Counted from the stretch's first letter, positions 1-11,319 are shown. The stretch: 64,000 bases of DNA from Candidatus Marinacidobacterales bacterium (GCA_965237955.1 OZ250169.1:6496001-6560000); one strand, 5' to 3'. The notes: generated from the sequence alone by a model not told the origin. Program-made: numbers and translations.

Positions 1-263
1 TGACCGAGGCGCGGGCCCTCGCAGCGGTGATCGACGAAGCCGAGCTCCGATCCGTGCTCATCGTATCCTCAACCGAGCACCTCCCCCGTTGCCTTGTGGC
101 GTTACGCACCGTTGTCACGCCCGCATGTAAATTGATTCCCGTCGCGAGCGCGCCCTCGAACGAGCCCCCAGGGCTTGCGGTTGCCCGCGAGCTCGCCAAG
201 CTCGCCGGCTACGGAATCGCAGCCATCCCCGCGTTTCTCCGGCGCCGGCGCAGAATCTCCTAG
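1..263 (+). CDS. YdcF/DUF218-family protein, C-terminal part (runs off the left edge)
   Basis: The frame is open from the window start: TEARALAAVID..VLIVSSTEHLPR...ARELAKL. This resembles the YdcF motifs 'eA...lVTS..H..R...RE'. Confidence 0.6.
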   Translation, partial: TEARALAAVIDEAELRSVLIVSSTEHLPRCLVALRTVVTPACKLIPVASAPSNEPPGLAVARELAKLAGYGIAAIPAFLRRRRRIS

Positions 264-269
264 AAATGC

Positions 270-298
270 TTGCGCGACAAGGTAATTCCTGCTATAAA
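270..298 (+). promoter_or_regulatory. sigma70-type promoter for the wza operon
   Basis: TTGCGC-17 bp-TATAAA with an extended -10 TG, directly after the upstream stop codon. Confidence 0.55.
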
Positions 299-503
299 TT
301 CCGTCTATCACCCCTTCCCAACCGGGGAATTTCGAGAAGCGGGATTTTTCGGCTACTGACATTGCTTTGTGGCTCGGTCGGCCCTCCAGCAGGGCCCCGG
401 CGGGCTTATACTTACGGAGGATGGATGCGGCCCCCGGAGTGGTACCCCGACTCCAGGGAGTCCTGGGATCTTCTCGGAATTCAAGGAGTTGTGTCGTCGT
501 ATC

Positions 504-1091
504 ATGATCGAGTTGAGACAAGTGTTGGTTCTCGCTTCCCTCTTGAACGCTTCCACAACCCTGGTCGCCGGTGCCCAGAAGGTGCCCGACCCACGGATGC
601 AGCCCCCGACGGAGTATTCCATCGGCGCAGGCGACGTTTTGCAGATCCTGACGTGGAAAGAGGCGGATTTCAGCGGTTCGTTTCTGGTCCGCTACGACGC
701 CCGGATCACGATGCCGCTCGTGGGAGACCTTCTGGTGTCCGGCCGAACCCCGGAACAGCTGAGCAAGGAGCTCGAAAAGGCCATCGGACGCTTCGTGGAG
801 ATGGCGCGGGTGACCGTCACCATCGAGCAACCCAACAGCGCGCAATTCTTCGTTCTCGGCAAAGTCGCCAGCCAAGGTGCCTTCCCCTATACACGACCCA
901 TCCGCATCGCCCAAGCGCTCGCGATCGCCGGGGGCTTTCAAGAGTTCGCAAAATTGAAACAGATTTTCGTGATTCGGGAGGTAGACGGCCGGCTCATCTA
1001 CTTCCCGTTCAACTACGATGATTTCAGGGACAAGAGAAAGCTCGGAGGGAACTTGGTTCTCCAACCGGGAGACACCATCGTTGTTCCCTAA
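504..1091 (+). CDS. Polysaccharide export protein, Wza/Poly_export + SLBB
   Basis: EYSIGAGDVLQI, VRYDARITMPLVG, LQPGDTIVVP. Signal-like N-terminus and AAGGAG upstream of ATG 504. Confidence 0.88.
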   Translation: MIELRQVLVLASLLNASTTLVAGAQKVPDPRMQPPTEYSIGAGDVLQILTWKEADFSGSFLVRYDARITMPLVGDLLVSGRTPEQLSKELEKAIGRFVEMARVTVTIEQPNSAQFFVLGKVASQGAFPYTRPIRIAQALAIAGGFQEFAKLKQIFVIREVDGRLIYFPFNYDDFRDKRKLGGNLVLQPGDTIVVP

Positions 1092-1097
1092 GAGCTT

Positions 1098-2528
1098 ATG
1101 CGGAAGCCGTATGCACTCGAGCGCCGAGCGCCGTATCTGGTTGCACTCATTTTGATGACTACCTCCGCGAGCTCCACCTTGGCCCAGACGCAGTCTGGCG
1201 GCAACAACTGGAGCGTGTTCCTCACGTTGCGCCACACCGAGGAGCTCGATCGCGTCCGAAACGACATCCTGTTCCCGGATCGAGTATCCAACGGAGCGGA
1301 TGCGGGAATCACGTTCGCGACGAGGACCCGGCGATCGAACGTGGGCTTTTTCGGCCGTGTCGGCGCCAACGTCTACCTGGATGACCTGTTTCAGAACCAG
1401 GTGACCTACGGTGCCGGCTTCTCGTGGAACTATCGAGCGTCGTCTCGCTCGAACATGCATCTCTCGCAGGCATTCAACAAGAACCTGCGCCTCGAGACTC
1501 TAGCGAATTTGGGTTTCGTGCCGAACGATTTCGGCACGACCAGTGCGACCACGACCTGGAGTTTTCAACAGCAATCAGGCCCGAGGACGTCATGGAGCGC
1601 CGGTCTGGGTTATCAATTCATCGAACTGACGAACCTCACGCCCATCCGGGGCTCCCAAATCGTTTTGGACGAGCAACCGTTCGGAGATGAGATTTCTATC
1701 CCGCTCATCGATGCCACCGCACCGGCGGAGCTCTAGCTGCCCGACGGTGAACAGGAAATACTCCGGATTCTCGCCACTGAAGGCTTGGCAGACCGGCGCG
1801 CCCGGTCGCAAAACGCCTACGCGTCGTTCGGTTTGAACCACTCCACCGGTCGGTACACGACGCTTGGTTTCAGCATCAACGGCGGGTATCGCTCGATCGA
1901 CTCTACCTTCGCCCAGGACGGGCCTGCGGGCAGCGTCCAGCTGTTCATCCAGCGCGCGTTGGGGCTTGCGAGCGCCGTGAGCGCGGGCTATACGTTCCAG
2001 CGCTCGTTCGTCATCGACCCGAACACGACGATTCAAACCCTCTTCGGCGGATGGACATACTCACCAGAGGACTCGAGCGTATCCGCCACTCTCTTTGGCG
2101 GAGCAAGCCGCTACGACGCGGAAGGCGGCCCTAGCGCGACGCAGCCGGTAGCGAACGCCTCTCTTGCGGGCAATCTGACACAAAGCACGACCGCGAGCAT
2201 TTCCTATCGACGGCAGTTCAGTATGCCTCTCGGATTCGGCCGCTCGTTGTTGATCGACTATGCAAACGCGGGCATCACGCAAAGTTTCGGAACGAGAGTG
2301 GACGCCAGCGCCACGATCGGCGCTTCTTACGGAACCGACCCGTTGGATGAGGACTCGCAGTTCGATACGCGGCGCGCCGGGGGCGAGTTGACCGCCCGCA
2401 TCATCGGCGGGCTCAGATTCGGGACCAGCTACTACCACGTCGAGAACGAGCAGCGGAGGTCAGGCGGGGCCTTCGATGAAACGCTCAACAACTGGTCGAT
2501 CTATTTGACCTACAGCGCGGACTTCTAG
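1098..2528 (+). pseudogene. Outer-membrane beta-barrel protein of the EPS locus, split by an in-frame TAG at 1734-1736
   Basis: ORFs 1098-1736 and 1785-2528 are in the same frame and read through as APAEL*LPDGEQE. Signal peptide, amphipathic strands, C-terminal YSADF. Confidence 0.75.
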
Positions 2529-2581
2529 GAAAGGCTTCAGTCGATGTTCGGGAGAAGGATTCTCGCCGAGAGGACAAGACG

Positions 2582-4211
2582 ATGACGCGGCGCCAAGCGG
2601 ATAGCAACGAGCTCCAATTTCCAATCAACCTGCCGCAAACACCCGGAGAGTACTTCGACATTCTCCGCTTCCGCTGGTATTGGATCGTTATCGGTCTCGT
2701 ACTGGGCGCGGTCGGCTCTCAGATAGTTGTGAGATTCGTCCCCGAGCGCTACGTCTCCCGGACCGTCGTTCTCGTCGAAGGAGATACGATACCCGACCGC
2801 TTCATCCCGCGGATCTCCACCGAGCACGCGCGCGACCGGCTCAGAACCATCCACGAAGAGATCCTCGCCAGGCCACGAATCGAGCGCATCCTCGACGATT
2901 TGAACCCCTACCCCGAATTGACCGACCAGCCGCGCGCGGAAATCGTCGACATGATCCGAAGCCGCGCCGGAATCGGGCTTCGCGGCAAAGAGGCGTTCGT
3001 CGTCGAATACACCGACACCGACCCCGAGCGTGCGCAGCAAATGGCATCTCGCCTCGCTTCCCTCTTCATCGAACAAACTTCCGGAGACCGCGCGGCTCAA
3101 GCCCTCGACGCCAACCAGTTCATCGAAGCGCAACTGCAGGAAACGAAAAGAGACCTCGAGCGGGTGGAAGGGCGCCTCGGTGTCGTCAAGACACGCAACA
3201 TGGGGATGTTGCCGAGGCAGCTCGACGCGAATCTCGCAACTCTCCAACGGTCGAGCTCCAGCGGCAATCGATCGAGGTACAAATCCGCTGGCGATGGACC
3301 GAAGAACACTCATCGAGCGTCAGCTCACTTTACAAATGCAGATGAACGAGCCCGAAGCACAGCTCGTGCCCGCCATCCCCGGCACGCAGACCGTGGCCGC
3401 ACCTTCGAACCTCAGCCAGCTCAAGCAGTATCTCGCCGTCTTGCGGACTCGCTACACCGACGAGCACCCCGAGGTGCAAACGACGTTGGTACGCATTGCA
3501 ATACTAGAGCGCGAGCAGGCCTTTTCGTCCGAGCCTCCTGCGCCGGATGTTTTTTCGAGCTCGGAGCCGCTCAGCCTGGACGGGGACGCGGCGGAGCAAT
3601 CGCTCGAAGAGCCCACCGACGTGGCCGAACCAAACACGTTTTCGACCGATATCATGGTCACCGATCTCAGAGCGCAGCTCGCAGCAGCGAACCAGGATAT
3701 CCGCGTGATGCAAGCGGCTTATTCCCAGATCCAGCAGAAAATCGTCGAGTATCAAGCACGCGTCGAGAAGATTCCCGCGGTCGAGCAGGAGCTCCAATCC
3801 CTCGAACGAGACTACAATCTCATCAGCAGGTACTACAGTGAGCTTTTGAGCCGCAAGTTAGAGGCCGAAACCGCGGGCGCGGTCGAAAGGGAATGGCAAG
3901 AGCAGTTCTCGATCATCGACCCCGCACAGGTTCCGGAGAGCCCGGCGTCACCGAACGCATCGCTCTTTTTGCTCGCTGGGACCGCGGCTGGTCTCGGCGC
4001 CGGCGTACTCGGTGCCTTCCTTCTCGAAGTGCTGGATCCGTCCGTAAAAAGCCTGCGTGAGCTCGAATCGTTGTTGCCATATCCCGTATTGTTGACGGTG
4101 CCTGAAGTGAAGGCCCCGCGCCGGCACCGCAAGGCCAGGCGTGAGCCAACACCACCGGCACCGCCATCTGAGCGCGCCGCGTTGGAAAAGAAATTGAGCG
4201 CCGCCAGCTAG
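2582..4211 (+). pseudogene. Wzz/GumC-like polysaccharide chain-length determinant, with two frameshifts near 3250 and 3287
   Basis: N-terminal TM and RYVSRTVVLV, RYTDEHPEV, FSIIDPAQVPESPASPN plus C-terminal TM. The coding sense moves LATLQR > ELQRQSIEVQIR > LAMDRR across three frames. Confidence 0.82.
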
Positions 4212-4225
4212 GAGCGAGTTTCTCG

Positions 4226-5074
4226 ATGAGTCGTCTGTCAGAAGCGCTCGAAAAAGCCCGCCGGAAAGGCGCCAGAGAAGAGCCCGCTGCCGTCGAACGA
4301 CCTCGCGCCGTCTCGACGGTACCTTCGGTCACGGCGCTTCGGTTCGTTGAAGGCAAGGTGCTGACGCCGCATCTCGACCACTGCCTCACGGAGCTTCTTC
4401 GCGAAGACGAGCCATGGGCGGAGCAGTTCAGAACGCTCGCGACGCGCCTGCGCGCTATGAACGGCTCGGACCGCGTGCGCCGTATCGGATTGATGAGCGC
4501 CATGGGAGGCGAAGGCAAAACGACGCTCGCGCTCGCACTCAGCCTCATTCTTGCCGAGGAGCACGGAGAGCGCGTCCTCGTGATCGACGCCGACCTGCGC
4601 CACCGAGAAGTCGATACGTTGCTCGGAGTCAAGCCCGCGAGCGGCCTCGGTGATTGGTTGAACAAGCCCTATCCGCATGTCGAAGTACGACGGATTGGTC
4701 GTCGTGGTCCCTTTTTTCTCAGTGCCGGCCGGCCGTTCGCAAGACCTTGGGAGCTCATCGCGTCGCCCCATCTATCGAACTTACTCGACGTCGCTGCGAG
4801 CGAGTTTCGCTACGTGATCCTGGATTGCCCCGCGGAAGGCCCGGTCGCCGACGCCTCGCGTATTCAAGAACACCTCGACGGGCTGCTTCTGGTCGTGCGA
4901 GCGCGCACCGCCCCTCGGGACGCGAAACTATCGACTGTGGATCGCCTCGACGAGGAGAAAATGCTAGGCGTCATCTTCAACGCTGAAGTTGGTGCACGCA
5001 AGCGGTTCAAGCACTACCGCTACGGCGCCCATACGAAATCGAAAGAGGCCGAGAAGCATCGCCGGCGCCGGTGA
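4226..5074 (+). CDS. CpsD/CapB-type polysaccharide tyrosine autokinase
   Basis: MSRLSEALEKA, EQFRTL, Walker A GGEGKTT, VLVIDADLR, VILDCP. Confidence 0.88.
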   Translation: MSRLSEALEKARRKGAREEPAAVERPRAVSTVPSVTALRFVEGKVLTPHLDHCLTELLREDEPWAEQFRTLATRLRAMNGSDRVRRIGLMSAMGGEGKTTLALALSLILAEEHGERVLVIDADLRHREVDTLLGVKPASGLGDWLNKPYPHVEVRRIGRRGPFFLSAGRPFARPWELIASPHLSNLLDVAASEFRYVILDCPAEGPVADASRIQEHLDGLLLVVRARTAPRDAKLSTVDRLDEEKMLGVIFNAEVGARKRFKHYRYGAHTKSKEAEKHRRRR

Positions 5075-5153
5075 GCTCATGTTCCATTGTCTTTGTCCCC
5101 CGCAACCCCGAAATCATTTGAATCGGGCTTCATCCTAAACGGAGGCAACACTC

Positions 5154-7361
5154 ATGTTTCCGAGCCTTATAGCGCACTCTCAATTCGCGCGCGCGGCCAT
5201 CGCTGTTCTCCTCGTGTCGATGTCAATGTCGACATCGGCATGCTCGACCGAGAGCAAAATCCAGCGACACATGGAGCGTGGTGACGCTTACCTCGAAGAA
5301 GGCAAGCATCAAGAAGCGATCATCGAGTTTTTGAACGTGATCCAGTTGGACCCGGATCATCGCGAGGCCACAGCGAGACTCGGGATCGCTCTGTTCGACA
5401 CGGGGCAGTTTGGTCCCTCCTTTGCCTACCTTCAGCGCGCGGTGGAGTTCGACCCCGAAAATTCCGAGGTTCGGGTCAAGTTAGGAACCATTTACCTTCT
5501 CAGGGGAATGCGCGAAGAGGCGCGCGAGGAAGCCGGCGCCGTCTTGGACCGGGACGCGACGAATCTGGACGCGCTCGCGGTATACGCGGACACGGCGACG
5601 TCCGCCGGTGAGATCGACGGCGCCGTTCGGCGTTTGGAAAATGCCCGCGCCGAGCACGAAGGCAGGGCGAAGTTTCATCTAGCTCTGGGCTCGCTTCACT
5701 TCCGCAAGCGGGACGTCGACACCGCCGAAAGCCATTTCCAGGAGGCGGCGCGGCGAGAGCCCGACAGCCCAGACGCGCACCTCGCTCTCGGAACGTTCTA
5801 CCTCGCCAAGCGCGATCTCGATAGCGCCGAAGCGGAGTTCAACAAGGCCGCGGAGGCCGCACCTGTTCGCTCAGCTACACAAATCCGAGTGGTCGATTTC
5901 TATCGCCTTGTCGGCGACACCGAGGAAGCGAACCGGAGGCTCGACGTGCTCGTGGTCGATGCTCCGGATTTCGTGCCCGCATGGACCCGCATTGCAACCT
6001 ATGCGTTCGCCGACGACGACTTCGACCGCTGCGAGGAAGCGCTCAACCACCTTTTGGAAAGCAATCCGCGAGATCCGGAAACACTACGCATGCTCGGTGA
6101 GGTGTATCGCGAGCGCGGCGACTTCGAAGCCGCCGAAGCCAAATTCCGGGAAACCATCACCGTCCTTCAGGATTACGTGCGACGTCGACCCAATTTGGCG
6201 TCCGCGCACTTCCGGCTGGCGCAAATGCATACCCGAGTGGGCGAAATCGCCCAGGCAATGAACGCGCTCGACACCGTGATCGAGCTCGCACCCAACTCGC
6301 CGCAAGCGTCGCTGATGCTCGCCGAGCTCCAGATCCGTACCGGCCAGGCGGGACGCGCGGTGCCGGTCCTGGAAAGCGTCTTGCAGCGTCAAGAAAGTGC
6401 GCTCGGGTTCAAGCTCCTCGGCATGGCTTACGCGGCCGACCAGGACTACGCGAGAGCGACACCCGCTTACGAAGCGTACGCCAAGCTTGCACCCGAGGAC
6501 CCCGAGGCATCGTTTCGTCTCGGGACCAGCCTTTTGGGCCAGCAGCAGACAGAGCGCGCGCTCGCATCGTTCGAGAAAGCGTTGGAGCTCAACCCGTTGT
6601 ACGTCGAGCCTCTCGCGGCCATCGCGACCGTCAAGGCCGGCAAACAGCAATTGGGTTCCGCGCTCCAGCGGGTTAAAGCTCACATGGCGAACATCGAGCC
6701 GTCTGGCCAACATCATTATCTCCTCGGGCAGCTCTACCTCGCGTCGAACCAGACAGACATCGCCGAAGCGGAGTACAAAAAGGCGGTGGCGCTTTCGCCC
6801 GACCTCAACGCCGGCTACGCGCAGCTCGCCGGTATCTACGTCCGCAGCGGCCGCCAACAGGTCGCCATCGAGGAAATGGACCGGGCGCTCGAGCACAGTC
6901 CAGACAACCAACCTGTGATCATGCTGAAGGGCATGATCGAGCACCAGGTGGGTGAAGTCGACGCCGCCCGCTCGACGTACGAGCGGCTGCTAGCGCTCAA
7001 TGCGCGCTTCGGACCCGCGGCCAATAACTTGGCGTATATCTATCAACAGGACGGCAGAATCGACGAAGCGCTCGACTGGGCCGAGATCGCGCGGACGGAG
7101 AACCCGGACAATCCGGACATCGCCGACACCCTCGGGTGGATTTTGTACGAGCGCGGTACCTACGATCGGGCGCTCAGCCTGCTCAGGGAAGCCGCAGCGG
7201 GACGCCCGGAAAACGCGGAGATCATCTATCACTTGGGCTTCGCCCACCACAAAGTGGGTGAGTTTCAAGAGACGATGGACGTGCTCACGCGAGCGTTGTC
7301 CATGAATCCCGATTTCCCCATGGCCAACGAAGCCGCCACGGTCCTCGACGAGCTTCGTTGA
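5154..7361 (+). CDS. TPR-repeat lipoprotein, PrsT-like (PEP-CTERM system)
   Basis: Lipobox-like TSAC, many TPR repeats, AANNLAY and IADTLGWIL; locus context. Confidence 0.8.
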   Translation: MFPSLIAHSQFARAAIAVLLVSMSMSTSACSTESKIQRHMERGDAYLEEGKHQEAIIEFLNVIQLDPDHREATARLGIALFDTGQFGPSFAYLQRAVEFDPENSEVRVKLGTIYLLRGMREEAREEAGAVLDRDATNLDALAVYADTATSAGEIDGAVRRLENARAEHEGRAKFHLALGSLHFRKRDVDTAESHFQEAARREPDSPDAHLALGTFYLAKRDLDSAEAEFNKAAEAAPVRSATQIRVVDFYRLVGDTEEANRRLDVLVVDAPDFVPAWTRIATYAFADDDFDRCEEALNHLLESNPRDPETLRMLGEVYRERGDFEAAEAKFRETITVLQDYVRRRPNLASAHFRLAQMHTRVGEIAQAMNALDTVIELAPNSPQASLMLAELQIRTGQAGRAVPVLESVLQRQESALGFKLLGMAYAADQDYARATPAYEAYAKLAPEDPEASFRLGTSLLGQQQTERALASFEKALELNPLYVEPLAAIATVKAGKQQLGSALQRVKAHMANIEPSGQHHYLLGQLYLASNQTDIAEAEYKKAVALSPDLNAGYAQLAGIYVRSGRQQVAIEEMDRALEHSPDNQPVIMLKGMIEHQVGEVDAARSTYERLLALNARFGPAANNLAYIYQQDGRIDEALDWAEIARTENPDNPDIADTLGWILYERGTYDRALSLLREAAAGRPENAEIIYHLGFAHHKVGEFQETMDVLTRALSMNPDFPMANEAATVLDELR

Positions 7362-7409
7362 GCGGCTCGAGCGCGGGCGCAAGGGCGGGCGTAGGGGCGT
7401 AAGCTCTCA

Positions 7410-9254
7410 GTGGCCGGCATTTGCGGATGGCTCGGCCACGACCGGCTGAACGATTCTGAAGCTCACCTCGCCGAGATGGCGCGGGGGCTCGGCGTTCACG
7501 AGCATACCGTGGCCGAGCTTCGCCACGAACCCAAAGGTGCTGTCGGCGCGGTAGCCTCAACCGGCCAAACGTCGTGCTTGCATCGCGATGGCCGCATCCT
7601 CGTCGGGTGGGTCGGGCGCATCGACTGGACTCGCACCCCGCGGCGTGACCACGCGCGTGAGCACGGCGACGGCCGTACGATGGCGAGCGCCTACGCCGAT
7701 GTTGGACCAGCGCTCCTCGACGAGCTCGGGGGCGACGTCGCTCTAGCTCTTTTCGACCGACATCGGGACGAGCTGCTGCTCGCCGTCGACCGAATAGGCG
7801 TCCGCACACTGACTTATTGCGCCACTCCAGAGGGCGTCGTGTTCGCGTCGAACGCGCGGGCGTTGGGAGCGCATCCCGAGGTGACCGGAAACATCGACCC
7901 CCAGTCGGTGTTCGACTTCGTGTACTTCCACATGGTGCCGAGCCCCAAATCGATCTTTCGGGGCTGGCGCAAGCTTCTCCCCGGCGAATGTGTGATCGTG
8001 CGCGTCAAGGACGTCGAGCATCGTCGCTACTGGACGCCTCGCTACCTCGACGACGCCCCGACGTCGGAGGCCGACCTGGCTCAGGAGTATCGACAAACAG
8101 TCCGCCGCGCCGTGCAAACGTGTCTTGACACGTCACACGGTCGCGTCGGCGCCTTTTTGAGCGGAGGCACCGACAGCTCGACCATCGCCGGCCTCGTCGG
8201 CGAGCTGACCGGGGAGCCGGCAAATACCTATTCCATTGGCTTCGATGTTCCCGGTTACGACGAGACTAGCTTCGCCCAAATCGCCGTCGGTCATTTCGGC
8301 ACCCATCACCACGAATACATTGTTACGCCGGACGACGTCTTCAAAGCCGCTCCGCGACTCGCTAGGGAATACGATGAGCCCTTCGGGAACGCGTCCGCGG
8401 TCGCCTCGTTGTACTGCGCCGAGCTCGCGAAAGACGACGGCATCGGGACGCTCTTCGGCGGCGACGGTGGGGATGAGATTTTCGCCGGTAACGAACGCTA
8501 CGCGAAACAGAAAATGTTCGAGCACTACTATCGGATTCCGGAGCCACTCCGAAGGATGCTTCTGGAGCCCCTGGTAGGCGTTCTCCCCGGGAACGGGTTT
8601 CCTGTCGGCAAGGCCAAGAGCTACGTGCGCCAAGCTCGAACTCCCCTACCTGACCGTTTGGAATCCTATAACTTCCTCAGCCGGATACCGCCGAGCGAGG
8701 TCTTCGCGCCCGACTTCCTCGAATCCGTTCACACGAGTGAGCCGCTCACGCTCCTTCGAGAGCGCTACGACGAGGCGCCGTCAGACTCGGTGCTCCATCG
8801 TCTCCTCTATCTCGACCTCAAGTTCACGCTCGCCGACAACGATCTGAGAAAAGTCAGCCGCACGTGCGAGATGGCGGGGGTCGAAGTTCGCTACCCGTTC
8901 CTCGACCCGGACCTCGTCGATTTCGCCAACCGAGTGCCCCCGGACTTGAAGCTGAAAGGGCAGAAGCTACGATACTTCTTCAAGCGAGCGAGCGAAGGAT
9001 TTCTGCCGCCGGAGATTCTGACGAAACCGAAACACGGCTTCGGCGTACCCTGTGGTCGCTGGATGCGCGACTACCCACCACTGCGCGAGCTCGCCTACGA
9101 CAGCCTCGCATCCCTCTCACGTCGCGGCTACATATCCGGAGCGTTCATCGAGCGCCTGAAAAAACTCCACGCGGGTGAGCACGGCGACTACTACGGCGTC
9201 ATGGTGTGGGTGCTGACGATGCTGGAGCTCTGGCACCAGCATCACGCGGATTAG
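7410..9254 (+). CDS. Asparagine synthetase-like amidotransferase lacking the canonical Cys2
   Basis: AFLSGGTDSS, YDEPFGNAS, GGDGGDEIFAG, VRYPFLD, KHGFGVP. Starts MAGICG instead of MCGI. Confidence 0.85.
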   Translation: MAGICGWLGHDRLNDSEAHLAEMARGLGVHEHTVAELRHEPKGAVGAVASTGQTSCLHRDGRILVGWVGRIDWTRTPRRDHAREHGDGRTMASAYADVGPALLDELGGDVALALFDRHRDELLLAVDRIGVRTLTYCATPEGVVFASNARALGAHPEVTGNIDPQSVFDFVYFHMVPSPKSIFRGWRKLLPGECVIVRVKDVEHRRYWTPRYLDDAPTSEADLAQEYRQTVRRAVQTCLDTSHGRVGAFLSGGTDSSTIAGLVGELTGEPANTYSIGFDVPGYDETSFAQIAVGHFGTHHHEYIVTPDDVFKAAPRLAREYDEPFGNASAVASLYCAELAKDDGIGTLFGGDGGDEIFAGNERYAKQKMFEHYYRIPEPLRRMLLEPLVGVLPGNGFPVGKAKSYVRQARTPLPDRLESYNFLSRIPPSEVFAPDFLESVHTSEPLTLLRERYDEAPSDSVLHRLLYLDLKFTLADNDLRKVSRTCEMAGVEVRYPFLDPDLVDFANRVPPDLKLKGQKLRYFFKRASEGFLPPEILTKPKHGFGVPCGRWMRDYPPLRELAYDSLASLSRRGYISGAFIERLKKLHAGEHGDYYGVMVWVLTMLELWHQHHAD

Positions 9255-10136
9255 TCGACACCTTGCTCTCGACGTAGCGGTGCTTTCCCGAGCGGCTCCG
9301 AGGGATCTGTTTCACGCGCTCCATCGAGATCCCAACGCCGGCACCGAGCCGCTCGGACAGCCGCTGCCTCATGAGCTCCTCGCTTGCGTCAGGGAATCCG
9401 GCGTCTGTCACCAGAAGCACCCGTGTATGCTGCAGGTTCTCCTGCACGATCTTGAAGTTGTGAACGCCGGGAACGTCCCGCACCTCGTAAATCAGAGCGA
9501 GCGCGTGCATCACCGTCCCATCCTCAGCGACCACGAGGTCGGTAGTGCGACCGCGCACCGACTCGAGAACCGGGAGCCCGCGGCCGCACGCGCACGATTG
9601 CTCCGAGAGGACCCCGATATCGCCGGTGCGATACCGGATGAAGGGAAAATCAGAAGTCGCTAGATGCGTGACCACGATTTCTCCTTCCTCACCAACGGGT
9701 AGAGCTCGGCCATCGGTGTCCACGATCTCGATAACGATGTCCTCCGCGCTGATGTGCATGCCACCCTCGGGACATTCGTGAGCCGCGAAGCCGAAGTCCC
9801 GTCCACCGTAGCCGTTGGCCACCCGGCACGAGAATGCGTCCTCGATGGTCGCCTTCTGCTCCTCCAGGAGTTGTTCGGCGGTGACAAACGCGACCTTGAC
9901 TCCCGAGCGGGAGAGATCGACCCCACGCACCTTGGCGCGTCGCGCGATGTGCGCTTGCGCCGACGGATAACCGAAGAGCATTTTGGGGCGAACACGCTCG
10001 ATGGCGTCAATGAACTCATCGACGCGCTCGTCCGACATCTCGAACGCGGGAAGCAACCGAGTGCGGAACAAGCGATCCCGAAGCTCACGAACGCGATCCT
10101 GTGCGCCCAGCTCGACCGGCGAGCCCCAGATGACTA

Positions 10137-11319
10137 GTCCCCTGGATCTTTAATTACTGTCCAAATTCGATTTGTCATGTGTATCGAGCGTTCGCTGGGC
10201 GAACCGAGCGATGGTTTCGAGGATTTGGTCGGCGGATTTCGTCCACTTGAACGGCTTTGGGTTCTCGTTGTGAGCATCGAGATAGTCTTGTATCGCAACG
10301 CGGAGCTGAGGCACGCTCGTGTGCGAGCCTCGTCGCAAGGCGTGTTCGGTGAGCAAGCCAAAGAAGCGCTCAGCGAAGTTGAGCCAAGAGGCGTGTGTCG
10401 GTGTGAAGTGAAAGTGGAACCGAGGTCGCTTGGAAAGCCAGCGTTTGATCGCCGGTGTCTTGTGCGTGGCGAGATTGTCGAGCACGACGTGGATGTCCAA
10501 CTCGCTGGGAACGGCTGCTTCGATCTCAGCGAGGAACTTCTTGAACTCTAGCGCTCGATGTCGCGCGTAGCACTTTCCGAAGACTTCACCTGTTGCGGCG
10601 TCGAGTGCGGCAAACAGGTCAGTCGTTCCATGCCGAATGTAGTCGTGGGTTTGTCGCTCGGGCTGGCCCAAGCTCATGGGCAGGACAGGTTGAGCACGCT
10701 CGAGCGCTTGAATCTGCGATTTCTCGTCGACGCACAGGACGACCGCGTTATCCGGTGGGTTCATATACAGGCCAACAACGTCGCGTACTTTTTCGACCAG
10801 TTGTGGGTCTTGCGAGAGACGAAACGATTCCGAGCGGTGCGGTTGAAGCCCGAACGTTCGCCAAATACGTCCAATCGTCGAATGACTCAGCCCAAGATGC
10901 TTGGCCATCGAGCGCGTACTCCAATGGGTTCTCCCCTTTGGAGTCGTCTCCAGCGTCTTGGTCACGACTTCCTCGATCTGGTCATCGCCGATTTTGCGAG
11001 CCGCTCCCGGCCGAGGTTCGTCGTACAACCCTTCCATTCGTTGTTCTACAAAGCGTCTTCGCCACTTGCCCACCGTGCTCCTCATGGTGTGCATCTTCCT
11101 AGCAACTTCCATATTCGTCAGACCCGCCGCGCAATCCAGCACGATCTTCGCTCGGAAGGCTTGGTGCGGCGAACTACGGCTGCGTCGCGCCAGTCGCGTC
11201 AGCGCTTCGCTTTCTTGAGACGACAGCTTCAATTCGGCTTTTCGCCGGCCCTTGTGTTTCATGCATTTAGCAGATCACAGAAGGGCCGGTGTTGTCTATC
11301 TTTTTCTGTTCCAGGGGAC
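10137..11319 (-). mobile_element. IS630-family element, copy 1 (1183 bp)
   Basis: Terminal IRs GTCCCCTGGA/TCCAGGGGAC; TA duplicated at 10135-36 and 11320-21 within a CTAG target. Confidence 0.95.
10150..11262 (-). CDS. IS630 transposase
   Basis: HTH region [41 protein letters not shown]. Confidence 0.95.
   Translation of the reverse strand: MKHKGRRKAELKLSSQESEALTRLARRSRSSPHQAFRAKIVLDCAAGLTNMEVARKMHTMRSTVGKWRRRFVEQRMEGLYDEPRPGAARKIGDDQIEEVVTKTLETTPKGRTHWSTRSMAKHLGLSHSTIGRIWRTFGLQPHRSESFRLSQDPQLVEKVRDVVGLYMNPPDNAVVLCVDEKSQIQALERAQPVLPMSLGQPERQTHDYIRHGTTDLFAALDAATGEVFGKCYARHRALEFKKFLAEIEAAVPSELDIHVVLDNLATHKTPAIKRWLSKRPRFHFHFTPTHASWLNFAERFFGLLTEHALRRGSHTSVPQLRVAIQDYLDAHNENPKPFKWTKSADQILETIARFAQRTLDTHDKSNLDSN

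Noticed and set aside
102-1460. 452-aa - strand ORF
   Set aside because: Antisense to the wza-like and beta-barrel genes; no motifs
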